Assembly: GCA_050247995.1 (NCBI GenBank)
Contig: JBFWTF010000001.1
Coordinates: 1 to 46,161 of the forward strand
DNA length: 46,161 bases
Direction: 5' to 3'
From: Methyloceanibacter sp.
Lineage (GTDB): Bacteria; Pseudomonadota; Alphaproteobacteria; Rhizobiales; Methyloligellaceae
Of this stretch, positions 19,392 through 27,924 are shown in pieces. Numbering within the stretch: position 1 is the first letter of the stretch; each line of letters opens with the position of its first letter. Under the pieces are notes generated by a model. That model did not search any database, was not told the origin of the DNA, and worked only from the letters and a program-made list of their open reading frames with translations. The translations under genes and the position numbers were made by a program.

Positions 19392-20087
19392 ATGAACTGG
19401 AAGACGGACTATCGCTCGATCTATTACGACGGCGCGCCCGAGCCCGAGGACCCCGACCTCGCCAAAGGCACCACCGCGCTCCTCGTCATCGATGTGCAGA
19501 ACACTTATCTCGCGCGCCCCGGCCGGGCCGGGCTCTCGGCCGATGAGCTGCGCCGCTACGACGCGTGGACGCCGTTCCACGACCGCATGCGCGACATCGT
19601 CATCCCGCGCACGCGGGAACTCTTGCACCTGTTCCGCGCCAACGGCTACGAGTGCCTGTTCGCGCGCATCGCCTGCCATACCAAGGACGGCCGCGACCGG
19701 TCGCTGTCGCAGAAGATGCCGGGCTGGAACAACCTGCTCCTGCCCAAGGACGAAGGTCCCTCCCAGCTTGCGCCCGGGCTCGGTCCGCAAGGCGACGAGA
19801 TCGTCGTGACGAAAACCACCGATAGCGCGCTGACCGGCACCAATTTGCGCCTGATCCTTACCAATCTCGGCATCAAGACCGTGGTGTGCTGCGGCATCTT
19901 CACCGACCAGTGCGTCTCCTCGACGGTCAGGAGCCTGGCCGACGAAAGCTTCGGCGTGGTCGTGATCGAGGATTGCTGCGCTGCGGGATCGGACGAGCTC
20001 CACCGCAAGGAGCTCGAGATCATCAACATGATCTATTGCCACGTCATGTCGAGCGGAGAGCTGAAAGCAATCATGGGCTTAGGCTGA
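19392..20087 (+). CDS. Isochorismatase-family cysteine hydrolase (amidase-like)
   Basis: Asp-Lys-Cys triad in VIDVQN, VTKTTDSA and GIFTDQCV. Confidence 0.9.
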   Translation: MNWKTDYRSIYYDGAPEPEDPDLAKGTTALLVIDVQNTYLARPGRAGLSADELRRYDAWTPFHDRMRDIVIPRTRELLHLFRANGYECLFARIACHTKDGRDRSLSQKMPGWNNLLLPKDEGPSQLAPGLGPQGDEIVVTKTTDSALTGTNLRLILTNLGIKTVVCCGIFTDQCVSSTVRSLADESFGVVVIEDCCAAGSDELHRKELEIINMIYCHVMSSGELKAIMGLG

Positions 20088-20093
20088 AGCGGA

Positions 20094-20149
20094 GGGTCAA
20101 GTTTGTCCTGGTCCTGGTCAAATGCGGCGGTGCGTCGAATGGATAAGGT
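20094..20149 (+). promoter_or_regulatory. Tandem GGTCAA sites (21-bp period) plus -10-like TAAGGT for the ABC/SDR operon
   Basis: gggtcaagtt...ctggtcaaatgc; TAAGGT lies 27 nt after the second GTCAA. Confidence 0.65.
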
Positions 20150-20351
20150 CGAGAACCAGGGATGCTACGGCCGCTCAAAAAGGGGGTATGATGGTGGCGG
20201 CGAAGCAAGCATGTCCGGATCGAAGCCGGGCGCGGGACCTGTGTGGACGCGCCGGAAAATCCCCGGACCGGCCGAACGCTCGCCCATCGAAGGCACGCCA
20301 CCATCTTTCGGTAAAGCTTAGGGCCGCGGGCCCGGACCAGGAGACACGACC

Positions 20352-21506
20352 ATGCGCCAACGGCACGTAACTCGCCGTAACTTCATGCAGCAATCCGCCG
20401 CCTTCGCCGCCGCGTTCGCGGCAGGAGGAGCTTCCGCGTTCGTGAGGCCGGCCTACGCCGCGCGCGACAAGGAACTGAACATCCTGTGTTGGGAGGGCTA
20501 CAACTCGGCCCAGGTGCTCGACCCCTTCCGGTCCAAGACGGGCGCGACCGTCAAGGCCGAGAGTCTCACCAACGATCCGACCATGATCAACCGCCTCAGG
20601 GCCGGTGAGACCAACGTCTGGGACCTGATCAACGTGAACAATCCTTGGGCGCGGAAAGTCATGCTGCCCGAGAAGCTGATCAAGCCGCTCGACCGCGCCA
20701 AGTTCGAGCCCTACTTCGACAAGATGCTGCCGGCGTTCAAGCCGCCCTATAAATGGGCCATGGACGATACCGGCACCGAGCTGATCGGCATGGCTCAGCG
20801 CTTCGGGCCTTATTCCTTCGTCGTCAACACCGACAAGATCAGCCGCGAGACCGCCGAGGATCAGGGCTGGGATCTGTGGAACGATCCCAAGCTCGCCGGC
20901 CGATACGGCATCCTCGAATCGGACGATTGGAACGTGTTCTGCATCTGCGCCATCGCGGGATTCGACCCCTTCAAGACGCATAGCGACGAGGAAGTCGCGA
21001 AATTCGCCGAGACCGCCAAGCGCGTCTTCAACGGCAAGAAGCTTGTCGGCGACATCGCCACCTGCAACCAGGGGCTCGTGTCTGGCGAGATCGACTTCCA
21101 CCTCACCGGTGGCACCTACTCAGTGTCGCCCGCGCGCGCCGACGGTCACATGAACCTCCGCGGCATCACGCCGAAGAAGGGCCCGTTCGCTGGCGGCAAG
21201 GGCGGCGTTGCCTGGATCGAGATAACCTCAACGGTCAACAATCCGGACCTGTCGCCGCTCGCGCCCGAGTTCCTCGCCTACGTCCAGGCGCCGGACATGG
21301 CCCATACCGTCGCCTTCGCCGAAGGCACCTACAACCCGGTCGCCCAGATGGGCAACCCGGAGTGCTTCAAGCTCTTCACCAAGGAGGAACTCGAGGCCAT
21401 TCAGTGGGACAGCCTGGACGAGGAGATGGCGGGCTCGGTCGAGTACGACATTGTTCCCGATTACGACAAGCTGCTCGACATCTGGAACGAGGCGAAGAAG
21501 GGCTGA
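20352..21506 (+). CDS. PotD/PotF-like polyamine-type ABC substrate-binding protein with Tat signal
   Basis: TRRNFMQ twin-arginine leader, LNILCWEGY, GGVAWIE; AGGAG RBS. Confidence 0.88.
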   Translation: MRQRHVTRRNFMQQSAAFAAAFAAGGASAFVRPAYAARDKELNILCWEGYNSAQVLDPFRSKTGATVKAESLTNDPTMINRLRAGETNVWDLINVNNPWARKVMLPEKLIKPLDRAKFEPYFDKMLPAFKPPYKWAMDDTGTELIGMAQRFGPYSFVVNTDKISRETAEDQGWDLWNDPKLAGRYGILESDDWNVFCICAIAGFDPFKTHSDEEVAKFAETAKRVFNGKKLVGDIATCNQGLVSGEIDFHLTGGTYSVSPARADGHMNLRGITPKKGPFAGGKGGVAWIEITSTVNNPDLSPLAPEFLAYVQAPDMAHTVAFAEGTYNPVAQMGNPECFKLFTKEELEAIQWDSLDEEMAGSVEYDIVPDYDKLLDIWNEAKKG

Positions 21507-21555
21507 CCGGCGGCTCGATCGGCGTTGTCCAGGTCGCATTCTCGGTATTTAAATA

Positions 21556-21593
21556 GCAGCCTTCCGCATGGCCCGATCCCTGCGGGAGGCTGC
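21556..21593 (+). other. Stem-loop after the binding-protein gene (mRNA stabiliser or attenuator)
   Basis: gcagccttccgca / tgcgggaggctgc inverted repeat. Confidence 0.6.
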
Positions 21594-21626
21594 CTGATCT
21601 GGACGATCCCCTAGGTTGAGAGCCAC

Positions 21627-22700
21627 GTGACGCCCAAACGCCCGGCCATTCTGACGCTGAAGGCTCTGCGCAAGGAGTTCGGAGCCTTCACGGCGGTCGA
21701 CGGCATCGATCTCGAGATCGCCGAAGGCGAGTTCTTCACCATCGTCGGGCCGTCGGGCAGCGGCAAGACGACGCTGATCCGCATGCTGGCCGGCCTGGAG
21801 ACGCCGACCTCGGGCGACATCCTCTTGCGCCAGGCCCGCATCAACACCGTGCCGGCCAACGAGCGGCCGACCTGCATGGTGTTCCAGTCGCTCGCCCTGT
21901 TTCCCCATCGCAGCGTCGGCGAGAACATCGAGTTCGCCATGAAGATTCGCGGCGTAGCCCCCGCCGAGCGCAAGGCGCGCGTGCTCGAGCTTCTGCGCCA
22001 GCTCAGGCTTCCCGCATCCTACTACGCGAAGAGCGTGCAGAAATGCTCGGGCGGCGAGCGCCAGCGCGTCGCGCTCGCGCGCGCGCTGGCCAACAATCCC
22101 GAGATCCTGTTCTTCGACGAACCGCTCTCGGCGATCGACTACAAGCTGAGGAAGACCCACGAGAAGGAACTCAAGGACATTCACCGGGAAACCGGCAAGA
22201 CCTTCGTCTATATCACCCATAGTCTCGAGGAGGCGATGGTCATGAGCGACCGCATCGGCGTCATGCGCGCCGGCAAGCTGGTGCAGGTCGGTACCCCGAA
22301 CGAAATTTATTCGGCGCCGCGAACCAAGTTCGTTTCCGAGTTCATGGGCGACGTCAACGTCATCGCGGTGAAGAGCGCCGGCAACGGCGCGCTGCTGGCG
22401 CCTTCCCTGCAGGCGAAGTTCACGCCGCCCCCCGGCGCGCCGCGGATCGAGTCGGGCCATCTCGTCATCCGGCCGGAATATGTCCGCTTCCTCGCCAAGC
22501 CCGACGAGGCCGCCAACTGTCTGAGCGGGCGCCTCTACAATGAATACGCGCTCGGCTCGCGCATTCAGTATCAGGTCCGCGTCGGCGACCAGGTGTTCGT
22601 GGTCGAGAAGCTGCGCCAGCAGGCTTACAACGGCAAGCTCGACGATCAAGTGCTCATCGGCTGGGATTCCGAGCACGCCATTCTGGTGGGGGAGGAATGA
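21627..22700 (+). CDS. PotA-like ABC ATP-binding protein
   Basis: GPSGSGKTT, variant signature CSGGERQR, FFDEPLS, C-terminal TOBE-like region. Confidence 0.92.
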   Translation: MTPKRPAILTLKALRKEFGAFTAVDGIDLEIAEGEFFTIVGPSGSGKTTLIRMLAGLETPTSGDILLRQARINTVPANERPTCMVFQSLALFPHRSVGENIEFAMKIRGVAPAERKARVLELLRQLRLPASYYAKSVQKCSGGERQRVALARALANNPEILFFDEPLSAIDYKLRKTHEKELKDIHRETGKTFVYITHSLEEAMVMSDRIGVMRAGKLVQVGTPNEIYSAPRTKFVSEFMGDVNVIAVKSAGNGALLAPSLQAKFTPPPGAPRIESGHLVIRPEYVRFLAKPDEAANCLSGRLYNEYALGSRIQYQVRVGDQVFVVEKLRQQAYNGKLDDQVLIGWDSEHAILVGEE

Positions 22701-23557
22701 CCTCCGGCGGTGGCACGGCCGGGAAGGAGGGGCGGCGCGCGGCCGCGCCCTTGCTCTTGTTGCTCGCCCTGGGCTTCGCCGTGCCGCTGATCGCGGTGAC
22801 CGCTTTCAGCTTCATGCCGCCGCGCACTTTCAGCCTGCTCCAGGCGCCGACGCTGGAAAACTACCGGACGATCTTCACCGGGACGTCCTATATCTCTTTC
22901 CTCTGGTCTGTCACGCTCGCGACCGCAACCGTCGTCCTGCTTGCGCTCATCTGCTACCCCGTCGCCTACGGTCTCGTGCACGTGTTCGGCCGCTGGTCGA
23001 CCCTCCTCACGCTGCTCTTCACCATTCCTCTTTTCGTCTCGGAGAACATCCGCCTCTATGGCTGGGTGCTGTTCTTCATCAAGAACGGCGTGCTGCTCGG
23101 GACCGTGAAAACGCTGTTCGGCATCGAGATGCAGAGCATTCTGTTCACGCTCGGCGCCATCCTTCTCGGCATGGTCTACGTCTATCTGCCATTCATGCTG
23201 TTCCCCATGACGCTCAGCGTCGCCATGGTGCCGAACGATACGCGAGAGGCGGCGCGCGACCTCGGTGCAAGCCGCTGGCAGGTGTTTCGCGAGGTCGAGT
23301 TGCCGCTGTCGATGCCCGGCATCCTGATCGGGTGCCTGCTCACCTTCGTGCTCGCGGTCGGCGCCATCGCCGAAGCCAAGATTCTCGGCGGGCAGCGCAT
23401 CATCCCCATCACCCATGACATCGAGATCGCTTTCACCTATTCGCAGAACTGGCCGCTCGGCGCCGCGCTGGCCGTGCTCCTCATGCTGCTGGTCGGCATT
23501 CTGGTGATCTCCGTCCTGCGCCGCTTCGACCTCGACCAGATCTTGGGGAGGCGCTAG
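22697..23557 (+). CDS. PotB-like ABC permease
   Basis: TM helices, YVYLPFM, EAARDLGASRW, NWPLGAA. Confidence 0.9.
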   Translation: MTSGGGTAGKEGRRAAAPLLLLLALGFAVPLIAVTAFSFMPPRTFSLLQAPTLENYRTIFTGTSYISFLWSVTLATATVVLLALICYPVAYGLVHVFGRWSTLLTLLFTIPLFVSENIRLYGWVLFFIKNGVLLGTVKTLFGIEMQSILFTLGAILLGMVYVYLPFMLFPMTLSVAMVPNDTREAARDLGASRWQVFREVELPLSMPGILIGCLLTFVLAVGAIAEAKILGGQRIIPITHDIEIAFTYSQNWPLGAALAVLLMLLVGILVISVLRRFDLDQILGRR

Positions 23558-23562
23558 GTCCG

Positions 23563-24402
23563 ATGCTCGCCTTTCCCGAACGCGTGCGCCACGCGCTTAT
23601 CACGGTCTGGACCGCGGCCGTCCTCGTGTTCATGTTCCTGCCGGGCGTCACGATCCTGCTCGCGTCGCTCACGGCGAGCCGCTATTTCACCTTCCCGATC
23701 CAGAGATGGGGCTTCGAGTGGTGGGACAAGACGTTTTCCTCCATCGAGGTGCGCCAGCTCCTTTCGACGTCGCTATCGATCGCGGCCGTGGTCATGGTCA
23801 TCGCCGTGGCGATCGGCTTCTTCGGCGCGCTCGCCTTTGCCCGTTACGATTGGCGCGGGCGCTCGCTCTACCAGCGCATCGTGCTCTTGCCCATCTTCTT
23901 TCCCCAGACCGTGCTTGGCCTGGCGATGCTGCTCTGGTTCAACGCGATCGGGCTCGACCTGTCGTGGAAGACCGCCGTCTTCGCCCACCTCGTCTGGATC
24001 GTTCCGGTCGTCACGCTCGTCATCGCCATCCAGGTCTATTCGTTCGACCCGGCACTCGAGGAAGCGGCGTTCGACCTTGGCGCGTCGCGCTGGCAGGTGT
24101 TGCGCGAAGTGACGCTGCCGGTGCTGTTTCCCGGCATCTTTTCCGGCGCGTTGTTCGCGTTTCTGTTGTCGTGGGGTAACTTCCCGTTGTCGCTCTTCAC
24201 GACCGGCGCCGATACCACGGTGCCGGAATATCTCTATGCCAAGATGGTCGCGGGCTATACCCCGGGCGTTCCGGTGCTCGGCACGGTATCGACCATCGGC
24301 GCGATCCTCATCCTGTTTGGCGGCTATACTCTGATCCTGCTCTGGCGGAGGCGCGCCGAGGCCGCGGGCAAGCAGGAGTTCGCCGAAGAGGTCGCGGGCT
24401 AG
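23563..24402 (+). CDS. PotC-like ABC permease
   Basis: TM helices, LEEAAFDLGASRW, FAFLLSW. Confidence 0.9.
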   Translation: MLAFPERVRHALITVWTAAVLVFMFLPGVTILLASLTASRYFTFPIQRWGFEWWDKTFSSIEVRQLLSTSLSIAAVVMVIAVAIGFFGALAFARYDWRGRSLYQRIVLLPIFFPQTVLGLAMLLWFNAIGLDLSWKTAVFAHLVWIVPVVTLVIAIQVYSFDPALEEAAFDLGASRWQVLREVTLPVLFPGIFSGALFAFLLSWGNFPLSLFTTGADTTVPEYLYAKMVAGYTPGVPVLGTVSTIGAILILFGGYTLILLWRRRAEAAGKQEFAEEVAG

Positions 24403-24442
24403 TTCATAGAGGCGGTATCCACCCAATGGAGCGGAGGGAGCA

Positions 24443-25222
24443 ATGTTGACATCGATCGCAGGCCGGTCCGTCATCGTCACGGGGTCGAGCAAGGGTATCG
24501 GCAAGGGCATCGCCAAGGTCTTTGCCCGGAACGGCGGCAAGGTCCTCATCGTATCGCGTCATGGCGACGAGGCCGAGGCCTGCGCCGCGGAGCTGCGCGG
24601 CGCCGGCGGAACGGCGAAAGGCCACGCCGCCGACGTCACCAAGTTCGCGGACATGCAGGCCATGGCGGAAGCGGCGGCGAAGGCTCATGGCGGCATCGAC
24701 GTTCTGTGCGCCAATGCCGGCATCTTCCCTCAGACCAAGATCGAGGAGCTGTCCCCGGAAGACTGGGATCACGTGATGGCGACCAACCTCAAAGGGACCT
24801 TCCTCGCGATCAAGGCCTGCCTGCCCTATCTCAAGAAGTCGGACCAGGGCCGGGTCGTGATCACGTCTTCGATCACGGGTCCGGTCACGGGTTTCCCCGG
24901 ATGGGCCCATTACGGCGCGACCAAAGCAGGCCAACTCGGCTTCATGCGCACGGTGTGCATGGAGCTCGCCAAATACGGCATCACCGTCAATGCCGTGCTT
25001 CCCGGCAATATCCTGACCGAAGGCTTGATCGAGCTCGGGCCGGACTACGAGCGCTCGATGGCGGCGTCGATTCCGTTGAAGAAGCTCGGCACCGTCGAGG
25101 ATATCGGTCACGCCGCGCTGTTCCTCGCCTCGAAGGAAGCGGGCTACATCACCGGCCAGAGCATCATCGTCGATGGCGGTCAGATCATCCCCGAGAGCCT
25201 GGACGCTCTCGCGCAAGCCTAG
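24443..25222 (+). CDS. SDR, 1-amino-2-propanol dehydrogenase (aminoacetone reductase)-like
   Basis: TGSSKGIG, CANAGIFP, TSSITGPVTGFPGWAHYGATK, PGNILTEGL and DGGQIIPES match, from memory, the Mycobacterium/Rhodococcus amino-alcohol dehydrogenase. Confidence 0.75.
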   Translation: MLTSIAGRSVIVTGSSKGIGKGIAKVFARNGGKVLIVSRHGDEAEACAAELRGAGGTAKGHAADVTKFADMQAMAEAAAKAHGGIDVLCANAGIFPQTKIEELSPEDWDHVMATNLKGTFLAIKACLPYLKKSDQGRVVITSSITGPVTGFPGWAHYGATKAGQLGFMRTVCMELAKYGITVNAVLPGNILTEGLIELGPDYERSMAASIPLKKLGTVEDIGHAALFLASKEAGYITGQSIIVDGGQIIPESLDALAQA

Positions 25223-25244
25223 CCGCGGATGACCACGGCTTGGC

Positions 25245-26318
25245 TCAGTCCCCGGGCTCGTCGAGCAGAGACTTGCGCAAGTTGCGCGGCGACTGGCCCG
25301 TCCAGCGGCGCACGGCGCGGCTGAAGGCCGAAAGCTCGGAATAGCCGACGAGGAACGCGATTTCGGAGAACGGCAATTGGCGCTGACGCATATAGCACAG
25401 CGCCAGGTCGCGCCGCGCGGATTCGACCAGGCCGTGATAGCTGAGCCCGTCGCAATGGAGCTCGCGCTGAAGCGTCCGCGCCGATAAGCGTAGATCCGCC
25501 GCGATCTGCTCGATCGGGGGAAGGCCGTCGGGAAGCCGCGCCCGCACCGCCGCCCGCACCCGGTCGGTGATGCTCGCGCGCAGATCGGTGCGCTCCGACA
25601 GCCGTTCGAGGCAGAGCCGCATCGCGAACATGAGGCGAGTGTCGCGCGCCGGCATCGGTGCTGACAGGATTTCGGGGCGGAACAGCAGCGCGTTCGTCGG
25701 CTGCGAGAAAAAAGCTGGCGCGGCGAAGGCCCGTTCGTGCTCGCGCCATGCCGCGGGCTTGGGGTGCTCGAAATGCACTTCCTCCGGCGCCCAGGCCGGG
25801 CCGAGACACTCGCGAAAGAGATTGAGGAACATTCCGAGCGACAGTTCCGCGTCCTGGCGCTTCTCGGCGATGTCGGCGGCATCGATGCGGTATTCGAGCC
25901 TGAGCAGACCGTCGGCGCCCTCGGCGAACCGCATCGAGGACGATTGCTGATGCAGCGGAAAGAGGTCGACCAGAGTCTTGAGCGCGAGCCCGAGCGTCGG
26001 CGCCGACACCGCCGCATAACCCCAAAGTCCAAGATCGCGCGGCTCGAAGCTGTGTCCGAACCACAGACCGAAATTGTCGTTCTGGGTGAGCCGGGCGCCT
26101 TCCTCGAACAGCCGGCAATAAGATTTGAGGCTGAGTTGCAGTGTCGGCGAACCTGCCATTTCGGGCGAGAGGCCGGCATGGCCGAAGATGCGGTCGAGAT
26201 CGCCGTTCTGGCGTTCGATATAGGCGGTGATGCCGGTGGCTGCGGCGGCGAGAACCGTAGGGTCGGACTCCAGACCCACGGCGCCAACTTTCCCGACTTC
26301 GGTGAGGCTCGCTCCCAT
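25245..26318 (-). CDS. AraC/XylS family transcriptional regulator
   Basis: C-terminal SARTLQREL and SEIAFLVGYSELSAFSRAVRRWTGQSP double HTH; N-terminal ligand domain. Confidence 0.92.
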   Translation of the reverse strand: MGASLTEVGKVGAVGLESDPTVLAAAATGITAYIERQNGDLDRIFGHAGLSPEMAGSPTLQLSLKSYCRLFEEGARLTQNDNFGLWFGHSFEPRDLGLWGYAAVSAPTLGLALKTLVDLFPLHQQSSSMRFAEGADGLLRLEYRIDAADIAEKRQDAELSLGMFLNLFRECLGPAWAPEEVHFEHPKPAAWREHERAFAAPAFFSQPTNALLFRPEILSAPMPARDTRLMFAMRLCLERLSERTDLRASITDRVRAAVRARLPDGLPPIEQIAADLRLSARTLQRELHCDGLSYHGLVESARRDLALCYMRQRQLPFSEIAFLVGYSELSAFSRAVRRWTGQSPRNLRKSLLDEPGD

Positions 26319-26431
26319 CGGTTCCTGCCGAGCGGCTGCCTTTACATGCGGAAAAGGCTAGCAGAAGCCTTGGTGCGGTCAAGGGAGAGCCCTGGTCAAG
26401 GCCTGAGCGTTGTGCCCGTTTCCCGGGCAGT

Positions 26432-27454
26432 CTAGCCCCGCTCGCGGGTTCCGCCGAATTGCGAGAGATAGCGCTCGCACAAGGGGAGGGTGGCTTCCGT
26501 GTAGGCGACGCCCATGGATTGCGCGAGCTCCGTCTCCGAATGCGAGCCGATCCAGGCGACAAGGAGCAGGCGGCGCAGCATGACGAACGTATCGATCTCG
26601 GCCACGTCCTCCGCCGAGAGCGTGCCGACGCGGCGATAGCCCCGCACCCACGCCTCGATCAGCGCCGGAACGTCGGGACTGTCCTCGAAGAAGGACACCG
26701 TCGTCGCGCAGTCGTAGAGGAACCAGGAGAAGCCGCAATCGTCGAAGTCGATGACCTTGATGGTGCCGTCGTCCATGAGCAGGTTGGCGAGACGCATGTC
26801 GCCGTGGATGAGGTTGAACCGGTCGGGCGACTTGCCGAACCGGTCGAGGCGCCGTTCGATGAGCCGGACTGTCTCGCCCATCGTTTCGCGAGCCTCGTTG
26901 GTCATGCCCATTCCATCCTGCCAGCGTCCCCAATGCGGACGGCTCCCGAGGCTCGTCTCGAAATCCCAGGTGTGGCGTTCGAACCAGGGCGGGCGCTGCC
27001 AGTCCCTCACATGGGCGTGCATGCGCGCCGCGGTCTCTCCCAAAGTCTCGAAACCGGCGGCGTCCGTGGCGGCGGGCTCCTTGCCCTCTTCCCAAGCGAA
27101 CAGCACGACATTGCGCGGCCGCTTCAGGCCGTCCCCGGCAACGGTCTGGATGAGCTCTCCGTCGAGACCGGCGATCGGCCTCGGCGTGATCGCCGCGCCC
27201 GCTTCCCTGAGGGCGATCTGCCATAAGAGTTCCGACGCGATCGCGTTACGCGAATGGTAGCCCTCGCGGTGCACGCGGAGCGCCCATTTCGAGCCGGTCG
27301 CAGGATCGTCCACGCGATAGGTCGCGTTCTCCGAAAGATTGATCAGCTCGACCGTGGCGCCAGGCGGCAGGTCGTAGCGGCTCAGGGCCTGCTCGGCGAG
27401 GCGCTCGAGCCGGCGCAGCAATTCCTCGTGCGAAAGAGCGGTGTCGCCCGCCAT
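26432..27454 (-). CDS. APH / homoserine kinase type II-like phosphotransferase (amino-alcohol kinase-like)
   Basis: SENATY, ALRVHR, IHGDMRLANLL and VIDFDDCG motifs. Start re-set to ATG 27454, with GGAG RBS. Confidence 0.85.
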   Translation of the reverse strand: MAGDTALSHEELLRRLERLAEQALSRYDLPPGATVELINLSENATYRVDDPATGSKWALRVHREGYHSRNAIASELLWQIALREAGAAITPRPIAGLDGELIQTVAGDGLKRPRNVVLFAWEEGKEPAATDAAGFETLGETAARMHAHVRDWQRPPWFERHTWDFETSLGSRPHWGRWQDGMGMTNEARETMGETVRLIERRLDRFGKSPDRFNLIHGDMRLANLLMDDGTIKVIDFDDCGFSWFLYDCATTVSFFEDSPDVPALIEAWVRGYRRVGTLSAEDVAEIDTFVMLRRLLLVAWIGSHSETELAQSMGVAYTEATLPLCERYLSQFGGTRERG

Positions 27455-27511
27455 CCTTAACTCCGTCCATGGCGCCGGTGTGAATCGGCCCCGCGCCAAA
27501 CCTCTCAAAAC

Positions 27512-27565
27512 ACACTAGGGAGCGGTTTGCCAGTGGACTTGACCGCAATCAGCCGGCACTTGACC
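27512..27565 (-). promoter_or_regulatory. Tandem GGTCAAGT direct repeats (21-bp period) plus -10-like TAGTGT for the kinase-AraC unit
   Basis: acttgacc at 27537 and 27558; TAGTGT lies 26 nt from the proximal GTCAA. Confidence 0.65.
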
Positions 27566-27684
27566 GGCGGCGCGACCTCGGCGCTGGGGTCTTTTATGGA
27601 TGCTCGACGTACTCATGCGAGGGCGTGCCCGGAAGGCGCTCTCCTGGGTCCCCGCGGTCGAATTCGAGCTGAGGAAAATCGAGC

Positions 27685-27912
27685 CTAGCGTTGCTTGGCC
27701 TTGCGTCTGCGGCCAACCAGCGCCGCCGCCAAGGTCACCGTCAAAACTGCGGCGCCCAAGGCCAGGAGCCATGCGGCGTCCACGCTGGCCGCCCAATGCA
27801 CGAGGCGATGCAGGATCGGGTTGTCGGGTGCGTGGCCGGGGTGAGCGAGCGCGGGCGCGGAAGCCGAGAGGACGAGGCTTGCGGCGATGGCGAATTTCGC
27901 AAACTTGAACAT
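27685..27912 (-). CDS. Small exported membrane-anchored protein with HupE/UreJ-like N-terminal HPGH
   Basis: Signal peptide ending ALA followed by HPGH, one TM helix and a basic tail; GAAGG RBS; 12 nt after the ureohydrolase stop. Confidence 0.7.
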   Translation of the reverse strand: MFKFAKFAIAASLVLSASAPALAHPGHAPDNPILHRLVHWAASVDAAWLLALGAAVLTVTLAAALVGRRRKAKQR

Positions 27913-27924
27913 GACCTTACCTTC

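Noticed and set aside
24443-25222. fabG (3-oxoacyl-ACP reductase) call
   Set aside because: No fatty-acid synthesis context; the motifs fit the amino-alcohol dehydrogenase subgroup better.
24404-26287. Long alternative ORFs (e.g. 627 aa here, 15018-16745, 27691-29163)
   Set aside because: Shadow or antisense frames of well-supported genes in GC-rich DNA, with no recognisable motifs.
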